Assembly: GCA_024346625.1 (NCBI GenBank)
Contig: AP024664.1
Coordinates: forward strand, 620,001 to 684,000
Source: Williopsis jadinii
Lineage: Eukaryota
Length of the DNA stretch: 64,000 nucleotides
Direction: 5' to 3'
Shown in pieces: positions 1 to 10,596 of the stretch (positions within the stretch are counted from its first letter, which is position 1; every line of letters begins with the position of its first letter). The notes under the pieces were generated by a model. It did no database searches. It saw only the letters and a list, made by a program, of their open reading frames with translations, and was not told the DNA's origin. Made by a program: the position numbers and the translations under genes.

Positions 1-596
1 CCGTGGGATTTCGACAAGCTCTGTTGCTGCGCAGCAGCAACTTTATGCTTCGACACGATGAATCGAGGCTCAATGTGTGCAGTGTTCACGGACGGTGAAG
101 TTATGTTTGTCGATTCAATCATGGACACATTTGAAGGTAGCCCAGAATGGCGTGGTGCCGACATCGATAACTCAGTTGTCGGGTTTGAGTTCGGCACAGA
201 GAACGGGATGCTGAAGCTGTTTGAGTAGGAGCTCTGATGCGACTGCTGTTGGTGTAGCATCGACGCAGAAGGTTGTCTATGTATCGACGTGGACATCGGG
301 GCCCTTATAGGAGGCGCCATGCCTCCATTGCCATGGAAGCTGCGGCCATAGCTGCTGGTGTCGATGGCGATCGGGCTTCTCTGGTTGTACGAGGAGGCGG
401 ACGTCTCGTTCGCGTAGTAGTCCACTGGACTGATGACCTCATCGTGGGTCTGTGTGATGGAGACTCCTTCTATGGACACTGCATTGGTGAGCTCAGAGTC
501 CTCCTCGGCCAGCGACACGGAAAGATTCGACTTTCGGCTCGACGCTTTGGCGTCGTTCGGCTGCTTCTGTTGTAAGAGCTTTGTTAGTGAAGACAT
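1..596 (-). CDS. NPR1: Npr1/Prr2-family Ser/Thr kinase, N-terminal part (runs off the window start; not in ORF track)
   Basis: ATG at 596; open frame to base 1: MSSLTKLLQQK...SIPFSVPNSN...IEPRFIVSKHK, matching the recalled Npr1 N-terminus (MSSLTRLLQEK...SIPYSVPNSN...VEPRFVISKQK); adjacent to PBR1/IPI3 as in S. cerevisiae. Confidence 0.85.
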   Translation of the reverse strand, partial: MSSLTKLLQQKQPNDAKASSRKSNLSVSLAEEDSELTNAVSIEGVSITQTHDEVISPVDYYANETSASSYNQRSPIAIDTSSYGRSFHGNGGMAPPIRAPMSTSIHRQPSASMLHQQQSHQSSYSNSFSIPFSVPNSNPTTELSMSAPRHSGLPSNVSMIESTNITSPSVNTAHIEPRFIVSKHKVAAAQQQSLSKSH

Positions 597-1189
597 GGAT
601 GACGGCGTTTGCTGTTGGTGCGTGTCTCGTCAAGATGGCTCGTGCTGGTGGAAGGAGAGTCAGTATCGACAACTCTTAGTGAAGCGTGGGTATCAAAGAC
701 GCAAAATGCACACAGCTTGTCGCTAATGGGACAAGGACAAGGACAAGAAGAAAAAAATAAGAATAAAAGACAAACAAGACAAATCAGACAGACAACCGGT
801 TTATCAAACCCGTTTGAAGAACCCGCCAATCTGGGACTATCTGCCATTTTAGAGTACACCGCACGCATTGGACATTTGGCGGCGCGATTCCGTGCAAAAC
901 GATGTGATTGGCCGATAAACTCGCAGCTGCTGCAGTGATAAAAGGCGGTGTCTGGGTGTTTTGTCCTCCTTGAGCATAGGTGCCGATATTACCTAATCAG
1001 GAACGCCTACGCGGGACTCGGGACTCGGGACTCGATGGCTGTCTCTCTACTTCTCTTTATATATATATAGCTCTGTGGGTGGGTGTTGGTGGACTTTGTA
1101 TGCGTAGAAGCTGGTGTGTTGATCTGCTATATACCTACCACTACAGTCCTGGTTAGCAAACAATGGCGTAACACTCGCAAACGACGGCA

Positions 1190-2602
1190 TCACGTCTTTC
1201 GCTTGCCTTTGCGTGTAGCTTTCCCCGTGGGTTTAGCTGAAGAGGTTGAGACCGCAACAGTTGGCTCCGTCTGGGGATCAATATGCTCATCCGGGAATAG
1301 CTGTTCCCTCGAGGATTCACTGATACCAACTTTGTTATCGGTGTTGTAGGGAATTTCAGGTACACCTGTGCGCTTATCACTGGAGCTGACAGATTTTGCA
1401 GCCTTCTTTGCATCCTTCTTGGTGGTTGTAGCCTTACCATTTTGCTTCTTTTCTTTGTTCTTCTCCTTCTTCTTCTCTTTGGCTTCCTCACGTTTACGCT
1501 GTATTGCGCTCTCCTTCTCAACTTTGGCAATTGCAGCCTCCGTGTTGTCGTACAGCTTCTTCTGTAACTCCTCGTCCTTCAGCTCTGGTCTTGCCGGTTC
1601 GTACAGCTCACAATTGGCAATGAACTTACCACCGTCTGCGTCGATGAGATCAGGACACATGAGCGCATAGAAGTAGGACTGTGCACCTTGTCTTGTGCTC
1701 TTCAAGAAGATCCATAGAATAGGCCAAAATACCAGGTACAGCAGTAAACCAATCAGAGAGCCAAAACTCAATACACGCTTCGTACTAGGTGATCTCATCA
1801 ACCCTGGGTTGACAACGTTGACCCTAACGTTACACGGATACCCATCCTTTCGAGGGATCGCCTGGAGTCTCCTTTGGAACTCTTTGGCAAACATACTCAA
1901 CTGTAGCTTTGATGTGCCAAACACTTTCCACGGCGAATTCTTTGTATATCTCTGTTTCAAGAAGAGAGGATCATCAACGTCAATCTTCCCCATGGCCTGT
2001 GACATACACGTCGTCAGCACCACACGAACGTCCCTGTCCGGCAATTGGGCCCTCAACCCTGGAGACAGCAGCGTCAAGAGGTGGTAATGGCCGACGTAGT
2101 TCACTGCAGTGTGTAGTTCTATGCCGTCAGCAGAGTTGCAACGTTCCTTACCATAGGGCATGCTTTCACCAGCACAGCAAACCACAGCATCCAGACGACG
2201 TGGTGGCACATTGTCCAGCCACTTCGTAGCAAACTTACGTATGCTGTAGAGATCACTCAGATCACACTCCTCGGCATAGATCAAGAAGTTCTCATACCGC
2301 TCTCGAAGGTCTTGCACAAACTCAGTGGTCCAGTAATCCTCTGTGCTTCTGACCAGCAGTATAACCTGAGCGCCACGCCGGGCCAGCTCCTCCACAACCC
2401 GCTCACCAACACCGCTGGTGCCTCCAGTCACCATATAGACCTTGCCGTGTAAATCACGTTCCCAAGTGTTCGTCTTACCATGGAAGTACCATTTCAGCGC
2501 GCCAATCACAGCCACCGTGGGCCCGTACTTCATCACAAATCTTGACCCGGGAACCGCATCAGGACCATCAGTCACAAGTGCTTCGATGATGTTTATGGGC
2601 AT
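1190..2602 (-). CDS. PBR1: ER short-chain dehydrogenase/reductase-like protein (YNL181W family)
   Basis: First plausible ATG at 2602 (MPINIIEALVTDGPD); TGGTSGVG Rossmann motif, KFATKWLDNVPPRRLD, hydrophobic C-terminal segment; synteny with IPI3/NPR1. Confidence 0.85.
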   Translation of the reverse strand: MPINIIEALVTDGPDAVPGSRFVMKYGPTVAVIGALKWYFHGKTNTWERDLHGKVYMVTGGTSGVGERVVEELARRGAQVILLVRSTEDYWTTEFVQDLRERYENFLIYAEECDLSDLYSIRKFATKWLDNVPPRRLDAVVCCAGESMPYGKERCNSADGIELHTAVNYVGHYHLLTLLSPGLRAQLPDRDVRVVLTTCMSQAMGKIDVDDPLFLKQRYTKNSPWKVFGTSKLQLSMFAKEFQRRLQAIPRKDGYPCNVRVNVVNPGLMRSPSTKRVLSFGSLIGLLLYLVFWPILWIFLKSTRQGAQSYFYALMCPDLIDADGGKFIANCELYEPARPELKDEELQKKLYDNTEAAIAKVEKESAIQRKREEAKEKKKEKNKEKKQNGKATTTKKDAKKAAKSVSSSDKRTGVPEIPYNTDNKVGISESSREQLFPDEHIDPQTEPTVAVSTSSAKPTGKATRKGKRKT

Positions 2603-2721
2603 CTTCACCAACCGCTTTGTCCACAGTGTCTGAGCTGAACACTTGGTGAGCCTCTGCCGCCAGCCTGGTGAAATTTCCTCTCTGCCTAGAAAATCCCCGT
2701 CTGGCGGTGGAGAGCCTACAG

Positions 2722-2763
2722 TGAAATTTTTTTTTCTGCCTGCTCCTAGCAGCCGCCGATGAG
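2722..2763 (+). promoter_or_regulatory. RRPE and PAC elements upstream of IPI3
   Basis: TGAAATTTTT at 2722 and CGATGAG at 2757-2763, about 50-90 bp before a ribosome-biogenesis gene. Confidence 0.75.
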
Positions 2764-2811
2764 CTCTGCTCAGTGTGTGCTTGTTTGAAGCAAAGACGAG
2801 AGGAAGAGGCA

Positions 2812-4275
2812 ATGGAAGAGGTTGTTTTTTACTCAAGTGAAGGTGTTGCTGATGATAAGCAAGGCACGCTGTCATTAGCTGTTGCCACAACGCTGCACTC
2901 ACAGGCACAGACGTTGGCGTTCCGTCAGGCCTCGTGCTATCCCAATGGCTCAGCTATCACGGGCACCAAAGCTGGTGATAGGGTATTTGTAGCTGCTAAG
3001 GGGAAGGCACTGATCAACGTATACACGTGGGGCAAGGAGTCTCCAGATCAAAGAATCCCAGTTCCTGAACAGTTGTGCTGTTTGGTGTTATGCCCAAACG
3101 CCATGGAGCCTGATGCACTTAGAGAGGGAGATTGCGATGAGGTGGATGACACCCACCTCCCCAAGTACAGATTACCCTTTTTACTCATTGGTGGTGGTAT
3201 AAGTGGTAGACTGTACGTGTGGGAACTCAACTCAGGTCTGATGCTGAATGTTAAGGAGGCGCATTACCAGATGCCCACGGTTATGAAGGTTTCCAGTGAT
3301 GGTTGCCATCTTGTTACAGCCGGTAAGGATGCCCGTGTGCTCGTCTGGAGAATTGCAGATTTGGTTCAATTGCACAAGAACGATGAGGACTTTGTCGTCA
3401 AGCCGGTCCATGTCATCTCAGACCACACTTTGGAAGTTACAGGGCTGGCTTTGAACAACAACATCCACGCAGATTGCAAGCTGTACACCGTTTCTAAAGA
3501 TTCCACCATCAGGGTCTACTCGTTTGCAACTTTCCAATTACTCACGACGTTTGTCATCAACGGACAAATCGACTCCATAGCCGTTGACGATGCTGACCGT
3601 GCACTCTATGTTGGATTGGAAGATGGTAACATTCGCCTTATCAACCTCTACGAACCAAACAGGGCTACAAACGTCTTGGAAGCGATTGGTGGTTATGGTA
3701 AGACAATTACTCTACAGCCTGACACTGAGTTGAAAAACACCATCACATACCACTCTGGGAGCTCAGTAACACAGCTTGCGTTGACATTGGACGGCTCACA
3801 GCTGATCAGTGGTGATTCCAAGGGGCGTGTTGTCGTTGTAGATTTGGTGTCGAAGCAAGTTGTCCACGAGCTGAAGCAGGTCCATGGAGCCATAACGAAC
3901 CTGGCTGTGCTGAACAGCTATCAGACCTTCGACAACTCGACTGTCGAGAAGAACTCGAGAGCAGTACCGCAGCTCAAAAGAGTCATTGCATCGGGTGAGT
4001 CCAAGGAGCACGACGTGCTTTTCCAAATCAGTGAACCAGAAGACACCAAACTGTTTGATATCGACTCGTATCTGGAAAGAGTCGGCAAGGAATCGCTTGT
4101 CTTCCAAAACCTCACGACCGTGGACTCCGAAGTCATCGTCAGCTACTCTGATGGTGCTAAGGACTCTAGGATCAAAGAGCTGGAGAGTGAGGTTCTCAAG
4201 ATGAAGAGCGCATATAAGGATCTCAGAGCCATGTACGAAGATCTTTACGAGGAAAACTCGAAACTGCGTGGATGA
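2812..4275 (+). CDS. IPI3: Rix1-complex WD40 subunit Ipi3
   Basis: ATG at 2812 (MEEVVFY); WGKESPDQRIPVPE, GRLYVWELNSG, WD repeats, C-terminal coiled coil. Confidence 0.9.
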   Translation: MEEVVFYSSEGVADDKQGTLSLAVATTLHSQAQTLAFRQASCYPNGSAITGTKAGDRVFVAAKGKALINVYTWGKESPDQRIPVPEQLCCLVLCPNAMEPDALREGDCDEVDDTHLPKYRLPFLLIGGGISGRLYVWELNSGLMLNVKEAHYQMPTVMKVSSDGCHLVTAGKDARVLVWRIADLVQLHKNDEDFVVKPVHVISDHTLEVTGLALNNNIHADCKLYTVSKDSTIRVYSFATFQLLTTFVINGQIDSIAVDDADRALYVGLEDGNIRLINLYEPNRATNVLEAIGGYGKTITLQPDTELKNTITYHSGSSVTQLALTLDGSQLISGDSKGRVVVVDLVSKQVVHELKQVHGAITNLAVLNSYQTFDNSTVEKNSRAVPQLKRVIASGESKEHDVLFQISEPEDTKLFDIDSYLERVGKESLVFQNLTTVDSEVIVSYSDGAKDSRIKELESEVLKMKSAYKDLRAMYEDLYEENSKLRG

Positions 4276-4314
4276 GCCCCCCTAATGTATAATAATCAAC
4301 ATCAATTCAACCGT

Positions 4315-4743
4315 CTACATAGCTTGTTTCCCACCATTTGTACCTTTGTCTGGTTTTCTCTTTGGTTTACTCCTGTCCGGTGATAGTGGCCTATTGAACC
4401 CCTTTTCCCTATTCATGTACTGCCTGAACTTGGCCTTCTTCTTCTTCTTTACCCCACTATGATCAGTGCCTTCCACCTTCTTGCCTTTTGTAGACTCAAA
4501 TGAGCCAAAGCCCATCATCTGGAGCATCATCGCGTCGTTGTTTACATCTGCTGTGTGCCTTATTGGCGATCTTCCTCTCGGCTTCTCATCCCGTTCTCTG
4601 TAGCTCTCCTTCTCACCATCGTTTTCCTTCTTACCCGTGCCACTCGAAGGACTTCTCTCTCTTCTGTCAGCCGCCATTGCTGTTCCTTCTGTTCTTTCTA
4701 TTCCTTCTGCTCGCTTTAGCGCTGCTCTGTCGTCGCCATTCAT
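4315..4743 (-). CDS. SNRNP27: U4/U6.U5 tri-snRNP 27 kDa protein (SNRNP27K, DUF1777)
   Basis: RS/RE-rich N-terminus and the diagnostic MMGFGSFESTKGKKV...FRQYMNREKGFNRPL C-terminal motif. Confidence 0.9.
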   Translation of the reverse strand: MNGDDRAALKRAEGIERTEGTAMAADRRERSPSSGTGKKENDGEKESYRERDEKPRGRSPIRHTADVNNDAMMLQMMGFGSFESTKGKKVEGTDHSGVKKKKKAKFRQYMNREKGFNRPLSPDRSKPKRKPDKGTNGGKQAM

Positions 4744-4749
4744 TCACTC

Positions 4750-4810
4750 GCTCATCGCATCTCATCGCCCTTCCAGGCCCGAAAACTTTCGCTGACACAA
4801 AGAAAATTTT
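4750..4810. promoter_or_regulatory. Two PAC elements and an RRPE in the divergent SNRNP27/NOP6 promoter
   Basis: GCTCATCGC-ATCTCATCGC at 4750-4768; GAAAATTTT at 4802-4810. Confidence 0.8.
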
Positions 4811-4910
4811 ACCGCCACAGAGAGCTCATTGCAAGAACACAGCACGAGGGATAAGAGGCTACAACAGCAACCAGAAGGCATAGCAATCATAGCGCTTTGG
4901 TGGTGGAACA

Positions 4911-5564
4911 ATGGCTGAATCTACAGAGAAACTCACAAAGAAACAAAGAAAGGCTCTTGACTTCAAGAACAAGTCTAAGGGGAAGGCTGTTGAGGGTGAA
5001 GCTGAGGATAGCAAGAAGAGAAAGAGAGATGAGCAGGCGGAGGATGCTACTGTTGAGAAAGGCACTGGAGAACACGGCGAGGAGCCAAAGAAGAAGAGAA
5101 AGACCAGAAGAGGCAAGAAAGGTAAGGGAAACGGCTCCAACGGTCCAAGATTCCTCCTGTTTGTGGGTAACTTACCCTATGACGTTTCGCAGACTGAACT
5201 GCTGGCGCATTTCAGTGCCTCCAAGCCTGATAGAATAAGGATTAGAACTGAGAAGGGCATTGCGTTTCTGGAGTTTGACGGTCAGCACGGTGATATTCAA
5301 CATAGAATGGATGTTGCGCTGAGACTACACCACAGTAACTTGAGAAATAGAAAGATCAATGTTGAGCTGACGGTTGGTGGTGGTGGTAACTCCCAAAACA
5401 GGCTAGAGAAGATCAAGGAGAAGAACGTCAAGCTGGACGACGAGAGAAGAGATAGGGCCAAGAAGGAAAGAGCAGAGAGAAACAAGAAGCTCAAAGAGGG
5501 CGACGCGCCAAAGGATTTGGGTAACGTACATCCATTGCGAGCAGCTGCGATGATGGGTGAGTAG
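4911..5564 (+). CDS. NOP6: Nucleolar RRM protein Nop6
   Basis: KLTKKQRKA N-terminus, RFLLFVGNLPY RRM, RKINVELTVGGGGNS, VHPxR tail. Confidence 0.9.
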   Translation: MAESTEKLTKKQRKALDFKNKSKGKAVEGEAEDSKKRKRDEQAEDATVEKGTGEHGEEPKKKRKTRRGKKGKGNGSNGPRFLLFVGNLPYDVSQTELLAHFSASKPDRIRIRTEKGIAFLEFDGQHGDIQHRMDVALRLHHSNLRNRKINVELTVGGGGNSQNRLEKIKEKNVKLDDERRDRAKKERAERNKKLKEGDAPKDLGNVHPLRAAAMMGE

Positions 5565-5764
5565 TCACCATACATTGGATCAACTCTGTACAATACAAGA
5601 ATCTTTATTAGACATAAACAAAGGAACAATCCCTGTAATAAACGAACATAAGGGTAGACAAACAGATCTATATTCTCATGTATCTGGGAAGGAAGTGGTG
5701 TCAAAGAAGTAGAAGAAGAAGTAGAGTGGAATATCGTTACAAGCACACAACAGGGGAAAAGGCA

Positions 5765-6834
5765 TCACAGAATAGTACATTTCATCTTCTTTCTTCTCTT
5801 TATACGAGTAGGTTCCTGACCCTGTTGTTGCTGCTTTGAAGGTGGGCTGCTCTTCTTCACAGCACTGCTAGCAGCAGCTTGTGGCTTACTCTCTTTGGCC
5901 TGTGGTGTTGAAGCTCCAGCAGTGTATTGTTCGTTGACGATCTCCCTTTCAGCATCGAGTACAGACTTGATTGCAGTTTCAAACACGTCTTCAATGCCTG
6001 CCTGGGTAGCAGCGGAACACTCAACGTATCCTTGGAGCCCCAATTCCTTGACGAGCTTCTTGGCCTCAGCCTGTGATACTGGCTCATTACCACTCTCTTC
6101 CAGTCGATCCAAGGTGTGAGGATCGTCTTTCAAGTCCGACTTCGTGCCCACCAAGATGATGCGAATCTCATCTGAGGAGTGGTGGCGGATCTCTGGGATC
6201 CACTTGTTCTTCACGTTCTTGAACGATGCCGGCTCCACTATCGAGAAGCACACCAGGAAGATATCGGTTTGTGGGTAACTCAGCGGTCTCAGACGGTCAT
6301 AGTCCTCCTGCCCAGCGGTATCCCATAGCTCCAGCTTGTAGTGCGCACCTTCGTACAGGGTATTCTTTGTATCTAATGGCAACTGTCAGTATATCGTACA
6401 CACACACCGGCGAACAGAACAGAACATAGGCACCGTACTTACAGTTATCAAACACCGTAGGGATGTAATCCTGAGGGAACGAGTTCGACGTGTACGAGAT
6501 TAACAGACACGTCTTACCGACGGCTCTATCGACAAGGCAAGTTAGTAACTCGGGCACATCGACAGGCAAATAGCAACCGCCCTGTTCCCCGTGGCTGCCG
6601 CCGTCCTCTTCGTGGTGTTGTTTATGTCTCGTTGCATGCCCTCAAAATCAGCTCTGGCGAGATATGGCCTTCCATCACCGTGGAGATAATTTCAAAACCA
6701 AACAAGAGCAACATCAGTGAAACACACAGACGCACACACGCACGTCCGAAATAGGAGGAAACAGGCCAGTGGATTTGATGGTGAGGCTTGAGAACTTACC
6801 CGTCACCAACAACAACTACTTTGAACGATCTCAT
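5765..6834 (-). CDS. RHO5: Rho5/Rac1-type GTPase, 3 exons: 6834-6800, 6525-6443, 6372-5765 (241 aa)
   Basis: Spliced frame gives [23 protein letters not shown]...YIPTVFDNY...[22 protein letters not shown]...CTIL (CAAX). Intron 1: GTAAGT/TACTAAC/TAG, 274 nt; intron 2: GTAAGT/TACTGAC/TAG, 70 nt. Near RPS3 as in S. cerevisiae. Confidence 0.88.
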
Positions 6835-7450
6835 GAGTTACTGGAAACTTCGATTGGCTCTGTTTGATCGTTTGATATGATCGGTGGATTTTTGTCTTGT
6901 GTTTTTTTTTCCTGCTTTTTAGGCTACGCACCGTTGAAAAGTCTCGAAGGAGAATGTTTTGTGCTCCACTGTAACTGCGTGGGGACCTCGTCCAATACCA
7001 CAGTGGAGTCTCTGTGCGTGCGTGTACCGCATTCCTGTCCAGGGTTTATACGCGAAGGGAAAACCAACAATGAGGAAGAGAGAGAAAAAATTATGGGCTG
7101 ATCAAAATGGCCGAGTTTCCCATTGTCTCCTCAGTGCATCGGCCCAGCCCAGTTCATTACTGTGTAAATACTTCCATGGTTCTGAGCTGTTGAGGGATGA
7201 GTGCCGGAGGGATGAGTGCCGGTGGGAAGGGGAGAGAGGAGTCCAAGTCTACAAATCCAGTTGGTATAATGGGAAAAAAAGACACAACGGTAGTAGTTGT
7301 GTGTTATTGAACTAAAAATAATAGGCACATTCACACAGAATAGCGTGAACTATTGTGCCTATATTGGTATAGAATGCTGAAAATTATATCAAAATTGCAA
7401 TCCCTCAAAAGGTCAAACTCAAAAAATTGAGGCAATCCTTAGTCAGCGGC

Positions 7451-7783
7451 TTACAACAAGAGAGCAGCAACACCGGCAGCGACAGCGACACCGGCCTTGG
7501 CGTAAGAGCCGGCAGCAGCACCCTCCCAGCTGGTGAGGGAGTAAGTGATGTTACCCTCAGTGGTGGTAGAGTTGGTCTCCTCGACAGCGGTGGTGGCCTC
7601 CTCCTCGGCGACGGTGGTCTCCTGGGATCTGTATGGACAGTCAGTGACGGTCTCGTCACACTCGGTGGTCAAAGAGGTGACAGTGGACACTGGGGTGTCA
7701 ACATCGGTGGTCTCAGTAACGGTAACGTCTTCAGCGATGACGTAGGCAGCGAGGGAGAGAAGAGAAAGGATTTGGAATTGCAT
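7451..7783 (-). CDS. Small GPI-anchored cell-wall mannoprotein (Ccw12/Pga59-like), 110 aa
   Basis: ATG at 7783; signal peptide MQFQILSLLSLAAYVIA, Thr/Glu-rich body, C-x7-CP motif, GPI signal WEGAAA...AAGVAALLL; TATATAAA at 7896-7889. Confidence 0.85.
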   Translation of the reverse strand: MQFQILSLLSLAAYVIAEDVTVTETTDVDTPVSTVTSLTTECDETVTDCPYRSQETTVAEEEATTAVEETNSTTTEGNITYSLTSWEGAAAGSYAKAGVAVAAGVAALLL

Positions 7784-9377
7784 TGTATAACAGTGAGTGA
7801 ATCTGGTTGGTGATGAACTAAGAAAGCTAAAAGAAAAGGCAAGATCAACAGACACTGCGCAAGAAAGAAAACTGAAGAGAAGCCCAAGTTTATATAGTGC
7901 AGAGCAACCACGGGAGACCAAAATATTCAGGAGTGGGTACTACTTACAAAATGGCGGAACTTGAAACTTGCAACCTGATGCTTCTGTACCGACACCATCA
8001 ACAGAACAGGTTTAGGTCCCTGTCCGTTGCCCGTAGAAACACACATAGAAAAGTGACCAGATCTCAATGAGATGGGCCAGATCGTACAAACCTTCTGTCC
8101 CAATAAGGAAGTTTCGTGCATTTCCATTGTCCACTTCCATGGGGATGCAGTCCCAAAGAGGAAAACGATCAAGAACTGCTGCAGCCTGCTGCATTGCAAC
8201 AAGGCTGTCCTTTAACAATCGCTGTTCCATAAAGTTCTCAGGATGCAGAAGCCAATGGCTCCACCACTTAAAAGTCTGTTTTCTAGGTTGATTTTTCTAG
8301 TCCAATCTCAGGCAGCGTGATTCAGAGTTTTGAGGCATCTTTGGAAGACGCTCAGCTGCTTCACCAACCATACAGTCCATGTGAGCTGCTCAGTAACGTA
8401 GAACTTCCAGGTATATCAGTTTAGCTTCTTGGCTCCTGTCCAGATTGAACTACTGTATGTCATTAAACGTGTACAATAGTTACTGGAAGGCCTCTCCCAC
8501 AAATGTTATGTCGACTAGTCCTTCGATCAATCTAACATGAAGATGCTTAATGATGAATAGGCACCGTGGAGGTCAAACATCAGAAACAAAGCTCGCATTG
8601 TTTGTTTGTTTGGTTGCCTCCTCACTTGAAAGTTTGGTGAGTCAGCCTACTTTTCCGTAGGGCTAGAACTTATTTGAAATCTGGTCAAAACAAATACAAG
8701 GCGTGCTTGTTGGAAAGCCACGGTAATACTGGCCCAGCAGAGACAATTCTCGTAACAGCCAATGCACGTCCAGAAGAGGCTTGTTTCACACATCCCATCA
8801 CGTCTGTTCTTCTCCTCTCTTACTCTTGTTCTAGACTTACAAATCTATAAACTTGAGCTCCATTTGAAATTGGTGGGATCAAGTGGCCGAAAACAACAAA
8901 AAACAAACAAACATGCTTTTGTTTACACTTCCACTTCTAGCCTATGGTAGTCAACCCCTTGAAACACAGGTTACAGCGAGAGTGCAGGATCCACTGTGGT
9001 CACCATTTATCTCTCACAAGCACAAGTAACACCTCCAGTAGTCTTTGTACCATCAACAATACTTCATGGCATGGAGAAGAGCCATGCATGAACCCTGGAA
9101 CATATGGCAACCTTCTATGTGCCTATATGTAGTGTCGTGTATGGGGGGAATGATAACTATTGTTTCCAGCAGCCATAAGCGTAGGATTGAAAGTACGCCA
9201 AAGCAAGAACAACGGACTAGATGGTTGGGCCTACAATTCAAGCTACACAGCTGCCAAAAAGCTTGGTCTACGGTCAGAAATGCACACCCTTCTAGTTACA
9301 CATGTTGTATGTGCACGGTAATCAGAGGCATGATGTGATGGTTGATCAGCGCTAGCGGCACTTACAAGCATCTCTGT

Positions 9378-9467
9378 GGTGTCCGGATGTAGGTTACGAT
9401 CGCAAAATTCACAGTCACAGGTGTTTGGATGTTATTGCGAGGTGCTCCTACCGTACATCCGTACACC
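9378..9467. promoter_or_regulatory. Three Rap1-type (UASrpg) sites upstream of RPS3
   Basis: ACATCCGGACACC (minus, 9378-9390), ACATCCAAACACC (minus, 9420-9432), ACATCCGTACACC (plus, 9455-9467). Confidence 0.75.
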
Positions 9468-9591
9468 AGCCAACTTTTCGAGCGACGCACACCAGCGCGT
9501 CCTCGCACAGTGAAAAATCGTCAAAAACTTATTCAACACATCCCCAACTCCCGAGTTATAGAGAAGGTCATCACCCTACACAGTATACAAA

Positions 9592-10326
9592 ATGGTTAAC
9601 ATCATCTCCAAGAAGAGAAAATTGGTCGCTGACGGTGTCTTCTACGCCGAATTGAACGAGTTCTTCACCAGAGAACTTGCTGAACAAGGTTACGCTGGTT
9701 GTGAGGTCAGAGTCACCCCAACCAAGACCGAGGTTATCGTCAGAGCCACCCAAACCAACGCTGTCTTGGGTGAGAACGGTAGAAGAATCTTCGAGTTGAC
9801 CTCCCTTGTCCAAAAGAGATTCAGATTCGCTCCAGGTTCCATTGTTTTGTACGCCGAGCGTGTCCAAGACCGTGGTTTGTCCGCTGTTGCTCAAGCTGAG
9901 TCCTTGAAGTTCAAGCTTTTGAACGGTTTGGCCATCAGAAGAGCCGCCTACGGTGTCGTCAGATACGTCATGGAGTCCGGTGCTAAGGGTGTCGAGGTTG
10001 TTATCTCTGGTAAGTTGAGAGCTGCTCGTGCCAAGGCCATGAAGTTCCAAGACGGTTTCTTGATCCACTCTGGTCAACCAGTCAACGACTTCATTGACAT
10101 TGCTACCAGACACGTCTTGTTGAGACAAGGTGTTCTTGGTGTTAAGGTCAAGATCATGAGAGACCCAGCTTCTTCTCGTGTCGGTCCAAAGTCTCTTCCA
10201 GACTACGTTAAGGTTATCGAGCCAAAGGAGGACGACGTTGTTCCAGAGCCAACTGTCAAGTCTTACATTGCTCAACCAGTCGAGGTCGCTCCTGCTGAGA
10301 CTCAAGCTGCCCCAGTTGATGCTTAA
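9592..10326 (+). CDS. RPS3: 40S ribosomal protein uS3
   Basis: [25 protein letters not shown]...; very strong codon bias. Confidence 0.99.
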   Translation: MVNIISKKRKLVADGVFYAELNEFFTRELAEQGYAGCEVRVTPTKTEVIVRATQTNAVLGENGRRIFELTSLVQKRFRFAPGSIVLYAERVQDRGLSAVAQAESLKFKLLNGLAIRRAAYGVVRYVMESGAKGVEVVISGKLRAARAKAMKFQDGFLIHSGQPVNDFIDIATRHVLLRQGVLGVKVKIMRDPASSRVGPKSLPDYVKVIEPKEDDVVPEPTVKSYIAQPVEVAPAETQAAPVDA

Positions 10327-10596
10327 GAGATTTAGTACTTTCTTTTCATTAATATAATCTTTGGGAATCTTTTATCAAACGGTGGGTTTTTTGTTTTACT
10401 TCTAGAAAACTTCATTCTTTGTAGCATTTTGTATACACAGATAAGCAAAAGGGCCGTGTGCCTGCTTGTCCAATGAGAGTGGGAAATGCCACACATCAAG
10501 GCAAGAAAAAACGTCTGCATCGACGTTATAAAAAAAGGGGACTGAATTTCTCCTTCCACCTGTTACTTCGCCTTCGCTAGCACAGTACAGAACAAA

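Noticed and set aside
2603..2908. Long N-terminal extensions in the ORF track from GTG/TTG/CTG starts (PBR1, IPI3, CDC16, SOV1, HEM4, RRP14)
   Set aside because: Eukaryotic genes; downstream ATGs or spliced first exons match the known N-termini, and several extensions run through promoter elements or introns
6340..6510. Possible CUG-Ser or CUG-Ala genetic code
   Set aside because: CTG codons fall at conserved Leu positions ([15 protein letters not shown] in Rho5)
7930..9370. Short ORFs or a snoRNA in the long GPI-gene/RPS3 intergenic region
   Set aside because: ORFs under 100 aa without coding character; ATGATGA near 8551 has no matching D box; consistent with a long promoter
9571..10305. 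244-aa ORF antisense to RPS3 (similar ones opposite LYS1 33937-34779, URA6 38819-39502, NEM1, ESC1)
   Set aside because: Shadow ORFs expected from codon bias in the sense gene; no recognisable protein features
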